NCBI RefSeq assembly: GCF_000009705.1
Contig: NC_003272.1
Location: 1,890,001-1,922,000 of the forward strand
DNA length: 32,000 bases
Reading direction: 5' to 3'
From: Nostoc sp. PCC 7120 = FACHB-418
GTDB lineage: Bacteria > Cyanobacteriota > Cyanobacteriia > Cyanobacteriales > Nostocaceae
Positions 8,218 through 16,740 of this stretch are shown piece by piece. Numbering within the stretch: the stretch's first letter is position 1; every line of letters starts with the position of its first letter. The position numbers were made by a program, and so were the translations under genes. The notes beneath the pieces were generated by a model. That model ran no database searches and had not been told where the DNA came from. It saw only the letters and a program-made list of their open reading frames with translations.

Positions 8218-11200
8218 ATGAGTGTTACCCGTGAATATAGCAACTTAAGCGATACATTATCATCTGCTAGGAACTCTAGGATTTTTAATAGTAATAAAGA
8301 TTACTTTCCCCTCGATGCTGCCATAAACTCAATCATCGGTAGTAGTTACACAGGTGAAGCGACAGAAGTTTTAGCATCTAATAGCTACCTAAGTAATGAT
8401 TTAAGAAGAAATAATATAAGTGACGCTAATTTTACACAAGCATCACTCCTACCAGACCTAACAGCACCAATCAGCTCAATTCCCATTTCTGCTAATGTCG
8501 GGAGCAGTATTCAAATCAACTATCAAGTCAGAAACCAAGGTAGTGCAAGTGCTGGAGCCAGCTTCACCTACTTCTACTTATCTCCCGATTTTAATCTCGA
8601 TAGTAGTGATAGATATCTAGGCTTTGACTCTGTGAGTGGTCTGGCGGCTGGTGCTTCTAGCCAAGAGTCAGCCACACTCAGCATTGGTAGTAATATCACC
8701 CCTGGTAACTACTATTTGATTTACTATGTGGATGGTAATGGCTATGTGATTGAAAGTAATGAAAATAACAATGCCTTCGGCGCGGCAATCTCAATTACCC
8801 AGCCAGACTTAACTGTATTAAACGCCTCAATTCCCACCTCAGCAAGGGTTGGGAGCAGTATTCAAATTAACTATCAAGTCAGGAATCAAGGTAATGGAAG
8901 TGCTGGTGATAGCAATACCAAATTCTACTTATCTCCAGATTTGAATATTGATAGTAGTGATTTATATCTAGGTTTGGACTATGTGAGTGGTCTGGCGGCT
9001 GGTGCTTCTAGACAAGAGTCAGCCACATTCACCATTGGTAGTAACATCAACCCTGGTAACTACTATTTGATTTACTATGCTGATGCTGATGGCTATGTGA
9101 GTGAAAGCAATGAAAATAATAATGCCTTTGGCAATCTAATTAATATTACTTCGGCAGGGAATCCAGACCTGATTATTCAAAACAACCCCACAGCACCAAC
9201 GACAGCATCAGTAGGTAGTACTATCCAACTGAGTTATCAGGTAAGAAACCAAGGTGCTGGAAATGCCGTTGCGAGTACCACCAGATTCTACCTTTCTAGA
9301 GACACAACATTCAGCACAGATGATGTGTTGTTGGGTTCAGATGCAGTGAATAGCATCGCCGCAGGTGGTGTAAGCGCCGAAACAGCCTCGATTGTCATAG
9401 CCAATAGCATTGCGGCTGGTAACTATCATTTGTTGTTCAGAACTGATGCTGATAGCAAAGTGGCAGAGAGTAATGAAAATAATAATGTGGTTTCTAGAGC
9501 CATCACAATTAACACAGCTGATTTAATTATTCAAAACGCCACAGCAGCAACGACAGCATCAGTAGGTAGTGCGATCGCATTGAGTTATCAGGTAAGAAAC
9601 CAAGGTGCTGGAAATGCCGTTGCGAGTACCACCAGATTCTACCTTTCTAGAGACACAACATTCAGTACAGATGATGTGTTGTTAGGTTCAGATGCAGTTA
9701 ATAGCATTGCCGCAGGTGGTGTAAGCGCCGAAACAGCCTCGATTGTCATAGCCAATAGCATTGCGGCTGGTAACTATCATTTGTTGTTCAGAACTGATGC
9801 TGATAGCAAAGTGGCAGAAAGTAATGAAAATAATAATGTGGTTTCTAGAGCCATCACAATTAACACAGCTGATTTAATTATTCAAAACGCCACAGCAGCA
9901 ACGACAGCATCAGTAGGTAGTGCGATCGCATTGAGTTATCAGGTAAGAAACCAAGGTGCTGGAAATGCCGTTGCGAGTACCACCAGATTCTACCTTTCTA
10001 GAGACACAACATTCAGTACAGATGATGTGTTGTTAGGTTCAGATGCAGTCAATAGCATTGCCGCAGGTGCTGTCAGTTCCGAAACAGCCTCGATTGTTAT
10101 AGCTAATAGTATCGCCGGAGGTAACTATCATTTGCTGTTCAGAACTGATGCTGATAGCACAGTGGCAGAAAGTAATGAAAATAATAATGTGGTTTCTAGA
10201 GCTATTACGATTAATGGCCCAAGACCCGACCTGATCATCCAAAATATTTCCGCTCCTAGTATTGTTGACCCTGGTAACATATTTACACTCAACTACCAAG
10301 TAGCGAATTTAGGTAATGCTAGTGCTGGTAATCATAGAACTAAGATTTATTTGTCTAGGGACACAACTCTTAGTAACGATGATATATTGCTAGCCTCTGA
10401 CCCGAACTACTTTTATCCTGTACTAAATGCTGGCACTTATAGTTCGGAATCTTACCTTTGGTCTATAAGTAGGGATATCAATTTTGGTAACTACCATCTG
10501 CTATTGCAAGCTGATGGCAATAGTGAAATCAGTGAAAGCAACGAAACCAACAATGTCACCGCCAAAGCGATTACAATTGCGGCACCAGATTTAATTGTCC
10601 AGAATCCTTCGGCTCCTACCAGCGCAAACATTGGGACAACAATTTCACTTAGCTATCAATTAAGAAACCAAGGTAATGGCAATGCTGGTTTTCATTTCAC
10701 TAATTTTTATCTTTCCCAAGACCAAACTCTCAGTAATGATGATGTCTACTTAGGCTTTGATTCCATCTCTAGTCTTGCACCCTCTGCCGTAGCTTCACGC
10801 TCTACATCTTTAACAATTAGAAGCAACACTGTTCCTGGTAATTATTATCTGCTGTATAGAGCTGATGGTGATGGAACAATAAGAGAAAGCAATGAAAATA
10901 ATAACGTCGCTGCGAGAGCGATCACGATTACTGCACCAGATTTAGTGATCCAAAATGCTACATCTGCTAGTAGTGCTGCCATCGGGACTACACTGCAAGT
11001 TAACTATCAACTGAAAAACCAAGGTAATGGAACTGCTGGAGGCAGTAAGACAAGTTTTTATCTTTCACGAGATACGGCATTCGGTGATGATGATATCTAC
11101 TTAGGTATTGAAACTGAGGCTAATGCTAGTCTGACACCTGGTAGCGTTATTTCTCGCTCCACGTCTATTACGTTTAATTCAACTCTGAATCCTGGCAAAT

Positions 11201-12564
11201 ACTACGTCATATTGAAAGCCGATGGAGCAGGATCTGTTGCTGAGAGCAATGAAAGTAACAATGGTTTTTACGTAGACACACCCATTACTTTAAACCCTGC
11301 TAATGGTGGTGGATTTAACTCCACTACAGGTTATGGCTTAGTCAACGCCGCCGCCGCCGTAGCCAAAGCCCTTAATCAAAGCACCTTTGCTGATGTCCCT
11401 GACTTGGGTGGTAATGATTGGGGAGCGGATGCGATTAAAGCACCTGAAGTCTGGGCGAAGGGATACACTGGTCAAGGTGTTATCGTTGCGGTTGTGGATA
11501 GTGGAGTTGACTATACACACCCAGACTTGAGTGCCAATATGTGGAGGAATAGCAGAGAAATTGCGGGTAATGGCATAGATGATGATGGCAATGGTTTCAT
11601 CGATGATATCTATGGTTGGAACTTTTTCGACAACAACAATACTCCACTAGATGAAGGCGGTCATGGTACTCATGTCGCTGGTACTATTGCTGCTGTGAGA
11701 AATACCTTTGGAGTGACTGGTATTGCTTATAATGCCAAAATTATGGCATTGAAAGCGTTGGGTGGTTCTCAAGGAGCAAATTCAGGTAATTCCGTAGGCA
11801 ATAGTATTCGTTATGCCGCAGATAATGGGGCGCGTGTGATTAATCTCAGCTTAGGAGGATCTAATCCTTCACCTGATACTCTCTCAGCTATTCAATATGC
11901 CATCAGTAAAGGAGCAATTGTTGTCTCCGCATCTGGGAATGAAAGTGAGTCAGCACCTGGCTACCCAGCTCGCTATGCAGACCAGTTTGGAATTGCTGTG
12001 GGAGCAGTTAATTATAATAGAACCCTAACTAATTTTTCCAATCGTGCTGGAACAACTCCAATGGCATACGTCACCGCCCCTGGTGCATACAGCAACTTAG
12101 ACATAGGTATATATTCGACGCTTCCAGGTGCTAAATATGGTCTTATGCCAGGAACATCAATGGCAGCTCCTCACGTTGCGGGTGTGGTGGCGCTGATGCT
12201 GAGTGCGAGGAATAATCTCACGGATGCTCAAGCGCGTCAGATTCTCACTTCTACAGCAGCGAATGGTGGTACACTCCCCAGTGCTAATTTGAGTACTTTG
12301 TCAAACACAGGTAGTAGTAATACGACGCTTTCTGGATTAACTTCTAGCTATACAAGGGCTAGTCTAGTTGAAATTTCTAATTGGACTACAATTCCTCGTG
12401 AACAAAGCAATACTAGAGATTTGGCAAATTTAAGCAGAACATTCGCCTACTATCAAGACAGTCGTGATTATCAAAGTGTTCTCTCTTCTCAAGAAGTAGA
12501 TATTGATGAGGAAAGTATCAACAAGAGACGCAGAAATACACCTAAGACTGTCAGAATTAGTTAA
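8218..12564 (+). CDS. Giant leaderless protein with 8 tandem CARDB-type modules followed by a subtilisin-family (S8) serine peptidase domain
   Basis: A roughly 117-aa module repeats eight times. Each has the pattern PDL(I/T/V)xQN...G(S/T)xIxLxYQVRNQG...FYLS(R/P)D...D..LG...L(A)AG...GNYYL...D....V.ESNENNN, which is the CARDB pattern. The S8 catalytic triad contexts are VAVVDSGVDYTHPDL, GGHGTHVAGTIAA and GTSMAAPHVAGVVALM. A GAGG sequence lies about 13 nt upstream of the ATG. The first ~80 aa contain no hydrophobic signal peptide. Confidence 0.85.
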   Translation: MSVTREYSNLSDTLSSARNSRIFNSNKDYFPLDAAINSIIGSSYTGEATEVLASNSYLSNDLRRNNISDANFTQASLLPDLTAPISSIPISANVGSSIQINYQVRNQGSASAGASFTYFYLSPDFNLDSSDRYLGFDSVSGLAAGASSQESATLSIGSNITPGNYYLIYYVDGNGYVIESNENNNAFGAAISITQPDLTVLNASIPTSARVGSSIQINYQVRNQGNGSAGDSNTKFYLSPDLNIDSSDLYLGLDYVSGLAAGASRQESATFTIGSNINPGNYYLIYYADADGYVSESNENNNAFGNLINITSAGNPDLIIQNNPTAPTTASVGSTIQLSYQVRNQGAGNAVASTTRFYLSRDTTFSTDDVLLGSDAVNSIAAGGVSAETASIVIANSIAAGNYHLLFRTDADSKVAESNENNNVVSRAITINTADLIIQNATAATTASVGSAIALSYQVRNQGAGNAVASTTRFYLSRDTTFSTDDVLLGSDAVNSIAAGGVSAETASIVIANSIAAGNYHLLFRTDADSKVAESNENNNVVSRAITINTADLIIQNATAATTASVGSAIALSYQVRNQGAGNAVASTTRFYLSRDTTFSTDDVLLGSDAVNSIAAGAVSSETASIVIANSIAGGNYHLLFRTDADSTVAESNENNNVVSRAITINGPRPDLIIQNISAPSIVDPGNIFTLNYQVANLGNASAGNHRTKIYLSRDTTLSNDDILLASDPNYFYPVLNAGTYSSESYLWSISRDINFGNYHLLLQADGNSEISESNETNNVTAKAITIAAPDLIVQNPSAPTSANIGTTISLSYQLRNQGNGNAGFHFTNFYLSQDQTLSNDDVYLGFDSISSLAPSAVASRSTSLTIRSNTVPGNYYLLYRADGDGTIRESNENNNVAARAITITAPDLVIQNATSASSAAIGTTLQVNYQLKNQGNGTAGGSKTSFYLSRDTAFGDDDIYLGIETEANASLTPGSVISRSTSITFNSTLNPGKYYVILKADGAGSVAESNESNNGFYVDTPITLNPANGGGFNSTTGYGLVNAAAAVAKALNQSTFADVPDLGGNDWGADAIKAPEVWAKGYTGQGVIVAVVDSGVDYTHPDLSANMWRNSREIAGNGIDDDGNGFIDDIYGWNFFDNNNTPLDEGGHGTHVAGTIAAVRNTFGVTGIAYNAKIMALKALGGSQGANSGNSVGNSIRYAADNGARVINLSLGGSNPSPDTLSAIQYAISKGAIVVSASGNESESAPGYPARYADQFGIAVGAVNYNRTLTNFSNRAGTTPMAYVTAPGAYSNLDIGIYSTLPGAKYGLMPGTSMAAPHVAGVVALMLSARNNLTDAQARQILTSTAANGGTLPSANLSTLSNTGSSNTTLSGLTSSYTRASLVEISNWTTIPREQSNTRDLANLSRTFAYYQDSRDYQSVLSSQEVDIDEESINKRRRNTPKTVRIS
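9166..10218 (+). repeat. Three near-identical tandem 351-bp (117-aa) repeats, corresponding to CARDB modules 3-5
   Basis: The copies start at about 9166, 9517 and 9868, with gctgatttaattattcaaaacgcc recurring exactly 351 bp apart. Copies 2 and 3 are identical over roughly their first 185 nt. Copies 1 and 2 are near-identical over their 3' two-thirds. Confidence 0.9.
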
Positions 12565-12601
12565 TGGATTACGGGGAGTTTGACGGAACTTAACCCTAGC
12601 A

Positions 12602-12620
12602 CCTTCCCTACCAGGGAAGG
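12602..12620. repeat. Small GC hairpin (ccttccc-tacca-gggaagg), a dispersed-repeat-type motif downstream of the subtilase gene
   Basis: It has a 7-bp perfect stem and a 5-nt loop, with no T-run. A related cccttccc...gggaaggg hairpin occurs at about 16705-16725. Confidence 0.5.
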
Positions 12621-12692
12621 CTGCTCAAAGTATTGAAGTTATGTTTTTAACGCAGAGGGGCGCGGAGATTGACTAACTTTATTAGTGGTTGT

Positions 12693-12780
12693 ACTAATAT
12701 CAATTCAAAATTAAGAATCAAGACAGGACAAGTATTTGGGGCTGTAATATCTGTCACATTCTTTTTTAAGATTGGTATTA
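12693..12780 (+). repeat. 88-nt hairpin / MITE-like element, copy A
   Basis: The termini actaatatcaattcaaaattaag ... atctgtcacattcttttttaagattggtatta are inverted. The same architecture and length recur at 31293-31379 in the same orientation. Confidence 0.6.
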
Positions 12781-12895
12781 AATATAAGAAGTGGATATAG
12801 AAACAATTACTAAGGTTATGGCTTCAAAATAAGAGTATTTTTCATGGAAATGCCCGCAGACTAACAGAGATGATTAAGTCTTCTGTTGTTCATCA

Positions 12896-13627
12896 TTAGG
12901 AATTTTCGTTAGATATTGCTTTGAGTTTTGAGGTGAAGGACTCGGAGCGATCGCTTGTTTGTGGGGTAAACTGCCCAATAGGTGGATGAGTGACTGATAT
13001 TGGCAGCAGTTTTGTGGATATATCAGGGTTGAGGGAGAAAGGCTGACCCAGATAATCTTCTTGTTGGCTTACACTTACCTCAATACTAGCTGTCACACTC
13101 GTGCTAGAAAGTGCCAACATCTTTTCGGTTGGGGGTTCCTCTTCTTCTTTGACTTGTTCCTGTTGTTTGAAACTCATCAATTGTAGGGTCTGATTTTGGT
13201 TTTTTCCTTGTCTGCTATATTGTTCGGATGCAGCCATTGGAGTTAAGCTTTCAGGAAATTTGCTGCAAATCAGGCGTTCAAATTCCATGTTGAAATGATA
13301 TATTTCCTGACCCCGCCTTTGCCAAAATGCCAAGAGTTGCTGTACTGAGATAGCTTTATAGCGACCTTGATATAGTGCCTCAATTACTGCTAGATGCAGC
13401 CAGTCGGCGGGATATTGTTTTTGCCAACGGTTAACTAACTCATCAACGTGATAACCACTGAGGTCAAAACTATAGTTAATGAGTAGGGCTTTTGCCAATT
13501 TGGCATAGGTGTTTGGTACTGATGTTGACATAAGACCTTTAGCTGCTGGCAATAGGTATGAATCATCGACCCATCGCATATAGCCTAGCGTGTTTAGCGT
13601 GTTTTTGGCTGTAGGATTTATTACCAA
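12896..13627 (-). CDS. Conserved hypothetical protein with a structured N-terminal half and a Q/E/S-rich C-terminal half
   Basis: The ORF lies 41 nt downstream of the SLH-protein gene on the same strand. The ORF-track start is TTG at 13627, and the first ATG is at 13579 (MRWVDDSYLL). I could not assign a family. The WLHLAVIEALYQGRYKAISVQQLLAFWQRRGQ block looks conserved. Confidence 0.55.
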   Translation of the reverse strand: MVINPTAKNTLNTLGYMRWVDDSYLLPAAKGLMSTSVPNTYAKLAKALLINYSFDLSGYHVDELVNRWQKQYPADWLHLAVIEALYQGRYKAISVQQLLAFWQRRGQEIYHFNMEFERLICSKFPESLTPMAASEQYSRQGKNQNQTLQLMSFKQQEQVKEEEEPPTEKMLALSSTSVTASIEVSVSQQEDYLGQPFSLNPDISTKLLPISVTHPPIGQFTPQTSDRSESFTSKLKAISNENS

Positions 13628-13668
13628 GAGTTTTCCGACAAAAAAGCAGTGTTTTTTATTTTACTTGT

Positions 13669-15753
13669 TCAACTGCCAACTGTCGAAATAATATAGGGTG
13701 AATTAATACTTGGCGCTCTCTGTATGGCGACTAAGGCTTGATAGACCATTGCGGCTACTTCTGCCCTGGTGGCTTCTCTGGTTGGTGCTAGCTGTTTCGG
13801 GTCTGGATAATTGACAGTAATTTTTTGTTGCGTTGCTGTAACCACGGCTTTGCGAGCATATTCAGGAATATTATTATTGTCAGTGTAGATGAGTAAGTTA
13901 TTGCCATCAACTGTCGATAGGGCTAATCCGTTGACTAGAGACACGATGACCTGTAGCCTCTGGACGTTTTGGTCGGGGCGGAAGGTGCGATCGCTAAAAC
14001 CACTGACGAAGCCGCCACTAGCGGCGATTTGTAAGGCTTTGTATGCCCAAAAATTCTTGGGTACGTCAGCAAAATCTGTAGCTGGTCTTCTAGCTGGTGG
14101 GTTAAAGGCTACTGCTACCATCGCCGCATATTGGGCGCGGGTCATGGGTTTGTTGGGTTGATAGCTACCATCAGCAAAACCACTGGTGATCCCCATGCTG
14201 GCTAAACCGCGAATGAATGGTTCAGCCCAGTGTCCTGTCAGGTCGGTGAAGGAGGGAGTATCAACTTCAGGGCTGACTATATATGGTGAAGCGATCGCTT
14301 TTTCTTGCCCATTAGCTACTAATGCCTGATAAATTAAAGCCCCTATCTCGGCGCGGGTAATATCTCGCAATGGTTCTAGTCTATCGGTTTGGGGATAGTT
14401 GACAACCAAGCTGTTTTGGGTGGCGACGGCGAGGGGATTTGTGGCGTAACTGGGAATTTGGGCGCGATCGCGGTATACAGTTAACACATTGGGGCTACCT
14501 CCAGTTAATTTCAGACCATTAACAATGGAAACGATTGCCTGCACTTTGCTTAAGTTCTGCATGGGGCGGAAGGTTCCATCAGGAAAACCGCTAATAAATC
14601 CCATCTGGGCGGCTTTGGTGATGGCTGATGCTGCCCAGAAATCTGATTTGATATCGGTAAATTTGGGCGGCTGATTGTTGGCGGGGAGTTGAAAGGTTTT
14701 GGCAATCACCGCCGCATACTGGGCGCGGGTGATTGGTGCATCGGGGGCAAATGTGCCATCGGGAAAGCCACTCATTAGTCCCTTGTTTACCAATGCTTCC
14801 ACAAAAGCGGTTGCCCAATGTCCAGCTAGGTCAAGAAAACGAATGTTAGCCGACTGTATGGGAATATCGATGATGGCGGCGGGAAATTCCACCAATCCCT
14901 TGACTTGGGTGGGATTTAACTGATTGCCTACAGAAACTAATTTTTGGGTTGTAGTATTTTGTATATCAAATTCACCATTATTACTAAAAATATTGCCAGC
15001 CGTATCTTGGCTGCTACCCAAGTCAGGGAGGGCGTTTTCATTGATTAATAATCCGCCTTGGGTATTTTTGACGAGTAAATTATGACGTAGTACAGGACGG
15101 GCATTGCGAGAAAGAGCGATCGCTGTCCGATTTTCTGATAGTTTGTTATTAACGAGTAAAGGTGCAGCAAAGTCACTGATAGCGATACCTAAAGGATTCT
15201 TTTGGAACACATTCCGCAACACTTCCCCTTTACTGTTGCGTGCCATAAATAAACCACTAGCTGTATTTTTCAAAAACACATTATCTAAAATCGCTGGTTT
15301 GGCTGTACCGCTAGTAAATACGCCTTCTCGACCACAATTAGTAAAAGTATTATTAGCAATGTTAGGTGCAGTTGATTCAATCCACACACCAGTACCCTTA
15401 GCTATCGGATTGGTGACAGTCACACCCCGGAGACTCGCTCGATTGAGTAAAACTAAGGTGACATTCTGCACACTAAAGCTAGGGCTTTGGTACTCTCCCC
15501 CTCCAGAAATCAAAATTCCTGCGCCTTTACTGGCTTCGTTCCCCACCACTGTTACCCCCTCAGGAATAACCAAGGGAAAGACTTCTTTATTTGCAGTGTT
15601 ATAAGTCCCAGCACTCAGTTGGACAATCTTTGGTGGAGTGGCTTTTAAAGCGCGGGTAAGGGTTTTAAACGGACTCTGCCGCGAACCCGTGTTAGCGTCA
15701 TTCCCCGTTGCTGGGTTGACATAGACTGTGGTAATGGGCGTATTGTTCACCAT
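13669..15753 (-). CDS. Cell-surface protein with an N-terminal DUF1565 / right-handed beta-helix (pectin-lyase fold) domain and two sets of three SLH domains
   Basis: The N-terminus VYVNPATGNDANTGSRQSPFKTLTRALKA is the DUF1565 signature. Repeated N-rich beta-helix rungs follow. The SLH motifs are F(L/T/A)D(L/I/V)xGHWA...GFPDGTF(A/R)P..(P/N)(I/L)TRAQYAA, which recur, and TRAE(I/V)(G/A)A(L/M)(I/V)YQAL. Confidence 0.8.
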   Translation of the reverse strand: MVNNTPITTVYVNPATGNDANTGSRQSPFKTLTRALKATPPKIVQLSAGTYNTANKEVFPLVIPEGVTVVGNEASKGAGILISGGGEYQSPSFSVQNVTLVLLNRASLRGVTVTNPIAKGTGVWIESTAPNIANNTFTNCGREGVFTSGTAKPAILDNVFLKNTASGLFMARNSKGEVLRNVFQKNPLGIAISDFAAPLLVNNKLSENRTAIALSRNARPVLRHNLLVKNTQGGLLINENALPDLGSSQDTAGNIFSNNGEFDIQNTTTQKLVSVGNQLNPTQVKGLVEFPAAIIDIPIQSANIRFLDLAGHWATAFVEALVNKGLMSGFPDGTFAPDAPITRAQYAAVIAKTFQLPANNQPPKFTDIKSDFWAASAITKAAQMGFISGFPDGTFRPMQNLSKVQAIVSIVNGLKLTGGSPNVLTVYRDRAQIPSYATNPLAVATQNSLVVNYPQTDRLEPLRDITRAEIGALIYQALVANGQEKAIASPYIVSPEVDTPSFTDLTGHWAEPFIRGLASMGITSGFADGSYQPNKPMTRAQYAAMVAVAFNPPARRPATDFADVPKNFWAYKALQIAASGGFVSGFSDRTFRPDQNVQRLQVIVSLVNGLALSTVDGNNLLIYTDNNNIPEYARKAVVTATQQKITVNYPDPKQLAPTREATRAEVAAMVYQALVAIQRAPSINSPYIISTVGS

Positions 15754-15964
15754 TAATGATTGAGCAACAGTTTGTTGAAATTACGTCCATCATAAAACAA
15801 CACTACTTATATCAGGGCTTCGCTGCAAATCACAATGGGAATGGGTTGGGATAATCTTGGCAAACTGTTATTTAATCATTCCCGCATATTATGCTGATGA
15901 TAAGTTTGTATCGGGAATAATTCGGGTTGTAATATGTAGGGCTAGCTGCATGATTTATTTGACC

Positions 15965-16534
15965 TTATATAGTGATGACATCTTCGTAAATTTCTGGCAT
16001 CGTGAGGGTTAATCCTATAGAGTTCAATTTTAATTCATCTCCCTGGCTTAAGATTTCTAGTGACCAATTGTCTTGGTTATCTTTGCGGTAAACTTCGATT
16101 TTGATTTCATCTTGGGAAATTAATATATATTCTTGTAAGCTTTCTAGAGTACGGTAATTAACAAGTTTTTCTCTTCTGTCTGTGAGTTCTGTGCTTGGTG
16201 ATAGAACTTCGATAATTAAGCAGGGATAATTTAAGTAAAAGCGGTCTTTGTCTTGTGAGTCGCAGGTGACTGTAACATCTGGATAGTAAAATAAGTTTTT
16301 GGCTTCATTGGTGAGTTTTAGTCTGATTTTTATGTCAGCCATGAAGACGCTACAGGAAGTACCCCGCAGATGGGAACGTAGTCTTGAGTAAATATTCCCT
16401 GATATAAGATTGTGTTCTTTACTACCGCCAGACATGGCGAAGATTTGTCCGCCCAGGTATTCGTGGCGAATCTCACTGGATTTTTCTAGTTCTAGGTATT
16501 CTTCGACGGTGAAGAGGTTGATGGGCGATCGCAT
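15965..16534 (-). CDS. Uma2-family (DUF820) putative endonuclease
   Basis: EEYLELEKSSEIRHEYLGGQIFAMSGGSKEHNLISGNI...YPDVTVTCD...PCLIIEVLSPST...DRREKLVNYRTLESLQEYILISQ matches the PD-(D/E)xK Uma2 pattern that is abundant in cyanobacteria. Confidence 0.8.
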   Translation of the reverse strand: MRSPINLFTVEEYLELEKSSEIRHEYLGGQIFAMSGGSKEHNLISGNIYSRLRSHLRGTSCSVFMADIKIRLKLTNEAKNLFYYPDVTVTCDSQDKDRFYLNYPCLIIEVLSPSTELTDRREKLVNYRTLESLQEYILISQDEIKIEVYRKDNQDNWSLEILSQGDELKLNSIGLTLTMPEIYEDVITI

Positions 16535-16654
16535 AGTTTTGTCTATTGGCTTTACTATCTATTATGTGTAGGTTAGGTTGATCTGAGAAAATCCAAAATG
16601 ACATTTTCTGGGTTTAGAGGTATGTATTACGCGATGTGCGACTTATTTTTGAAA

Positions 16655-16740
16655 CCCCTCTCCAAACCTCTCCCCGAAGCGGAGAGAGGCTTTGAATCTT
16701 ATTCCCCTTCCCTCGCAGGGAAGGGGTTGGGGGTTAGGTT
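16655..16740. repeat. Small dispersed-repeat block with two GC hairpins in the Uma2 / ABC divergent intergenic region
   Basis: The two hairpins are cctctc...gagagg (about 16667-16689) and ccccttccc-tcgca-gggaagggg (about 16705-16727). The block is followed by ttgggggttaggtt. The 65-aa ORF at 16598..16795 is read through this block. Confidence 0.55.

Noticed and set aside
8305-8343. Possible double-glycine-type leader (FPLDAAINSIIGS) at residues about 30-42 of the CARDB-subtilase, which would fit a C39 ABC exporter.
   Set aside because: It matches only partly. There are hydrophobic residues at -4 and -7 and a Gly at -2, but no Glu at -8, Leu is out of register, and the motif is G-S rather than G-G. 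It also lies unusually far from the N-terminus. The adjacent exporter's C39 domain appears to lack all catalytic residues, so cleavage is unlikely.
9166-10218. The 351-bp near-identical copies as a diversity-generating retroelement template/variable repeat pair.
   Set aside because: Differences between copies are not adenine-specific. They include t>c, g>c and multi-base changes. There is no reverse transcriptase gene nearby, and the copies are in-frame structural modules.
15104-15604. A 166-aa plus-strand ORF, together with similar embedded ORFs at 3560..3862, 3905..4198, 4756..5043, 10039..10299, 13889..14161, 18018..18350, 19892..20311, 22976..23257, 26895..27218, 28953..29288 and 30036..30389.
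   Set aside because: All lie entirely within, and antisense or out of frame to, long ORFs with strong domain signatures. Their translations are low-complexity with no motifs.
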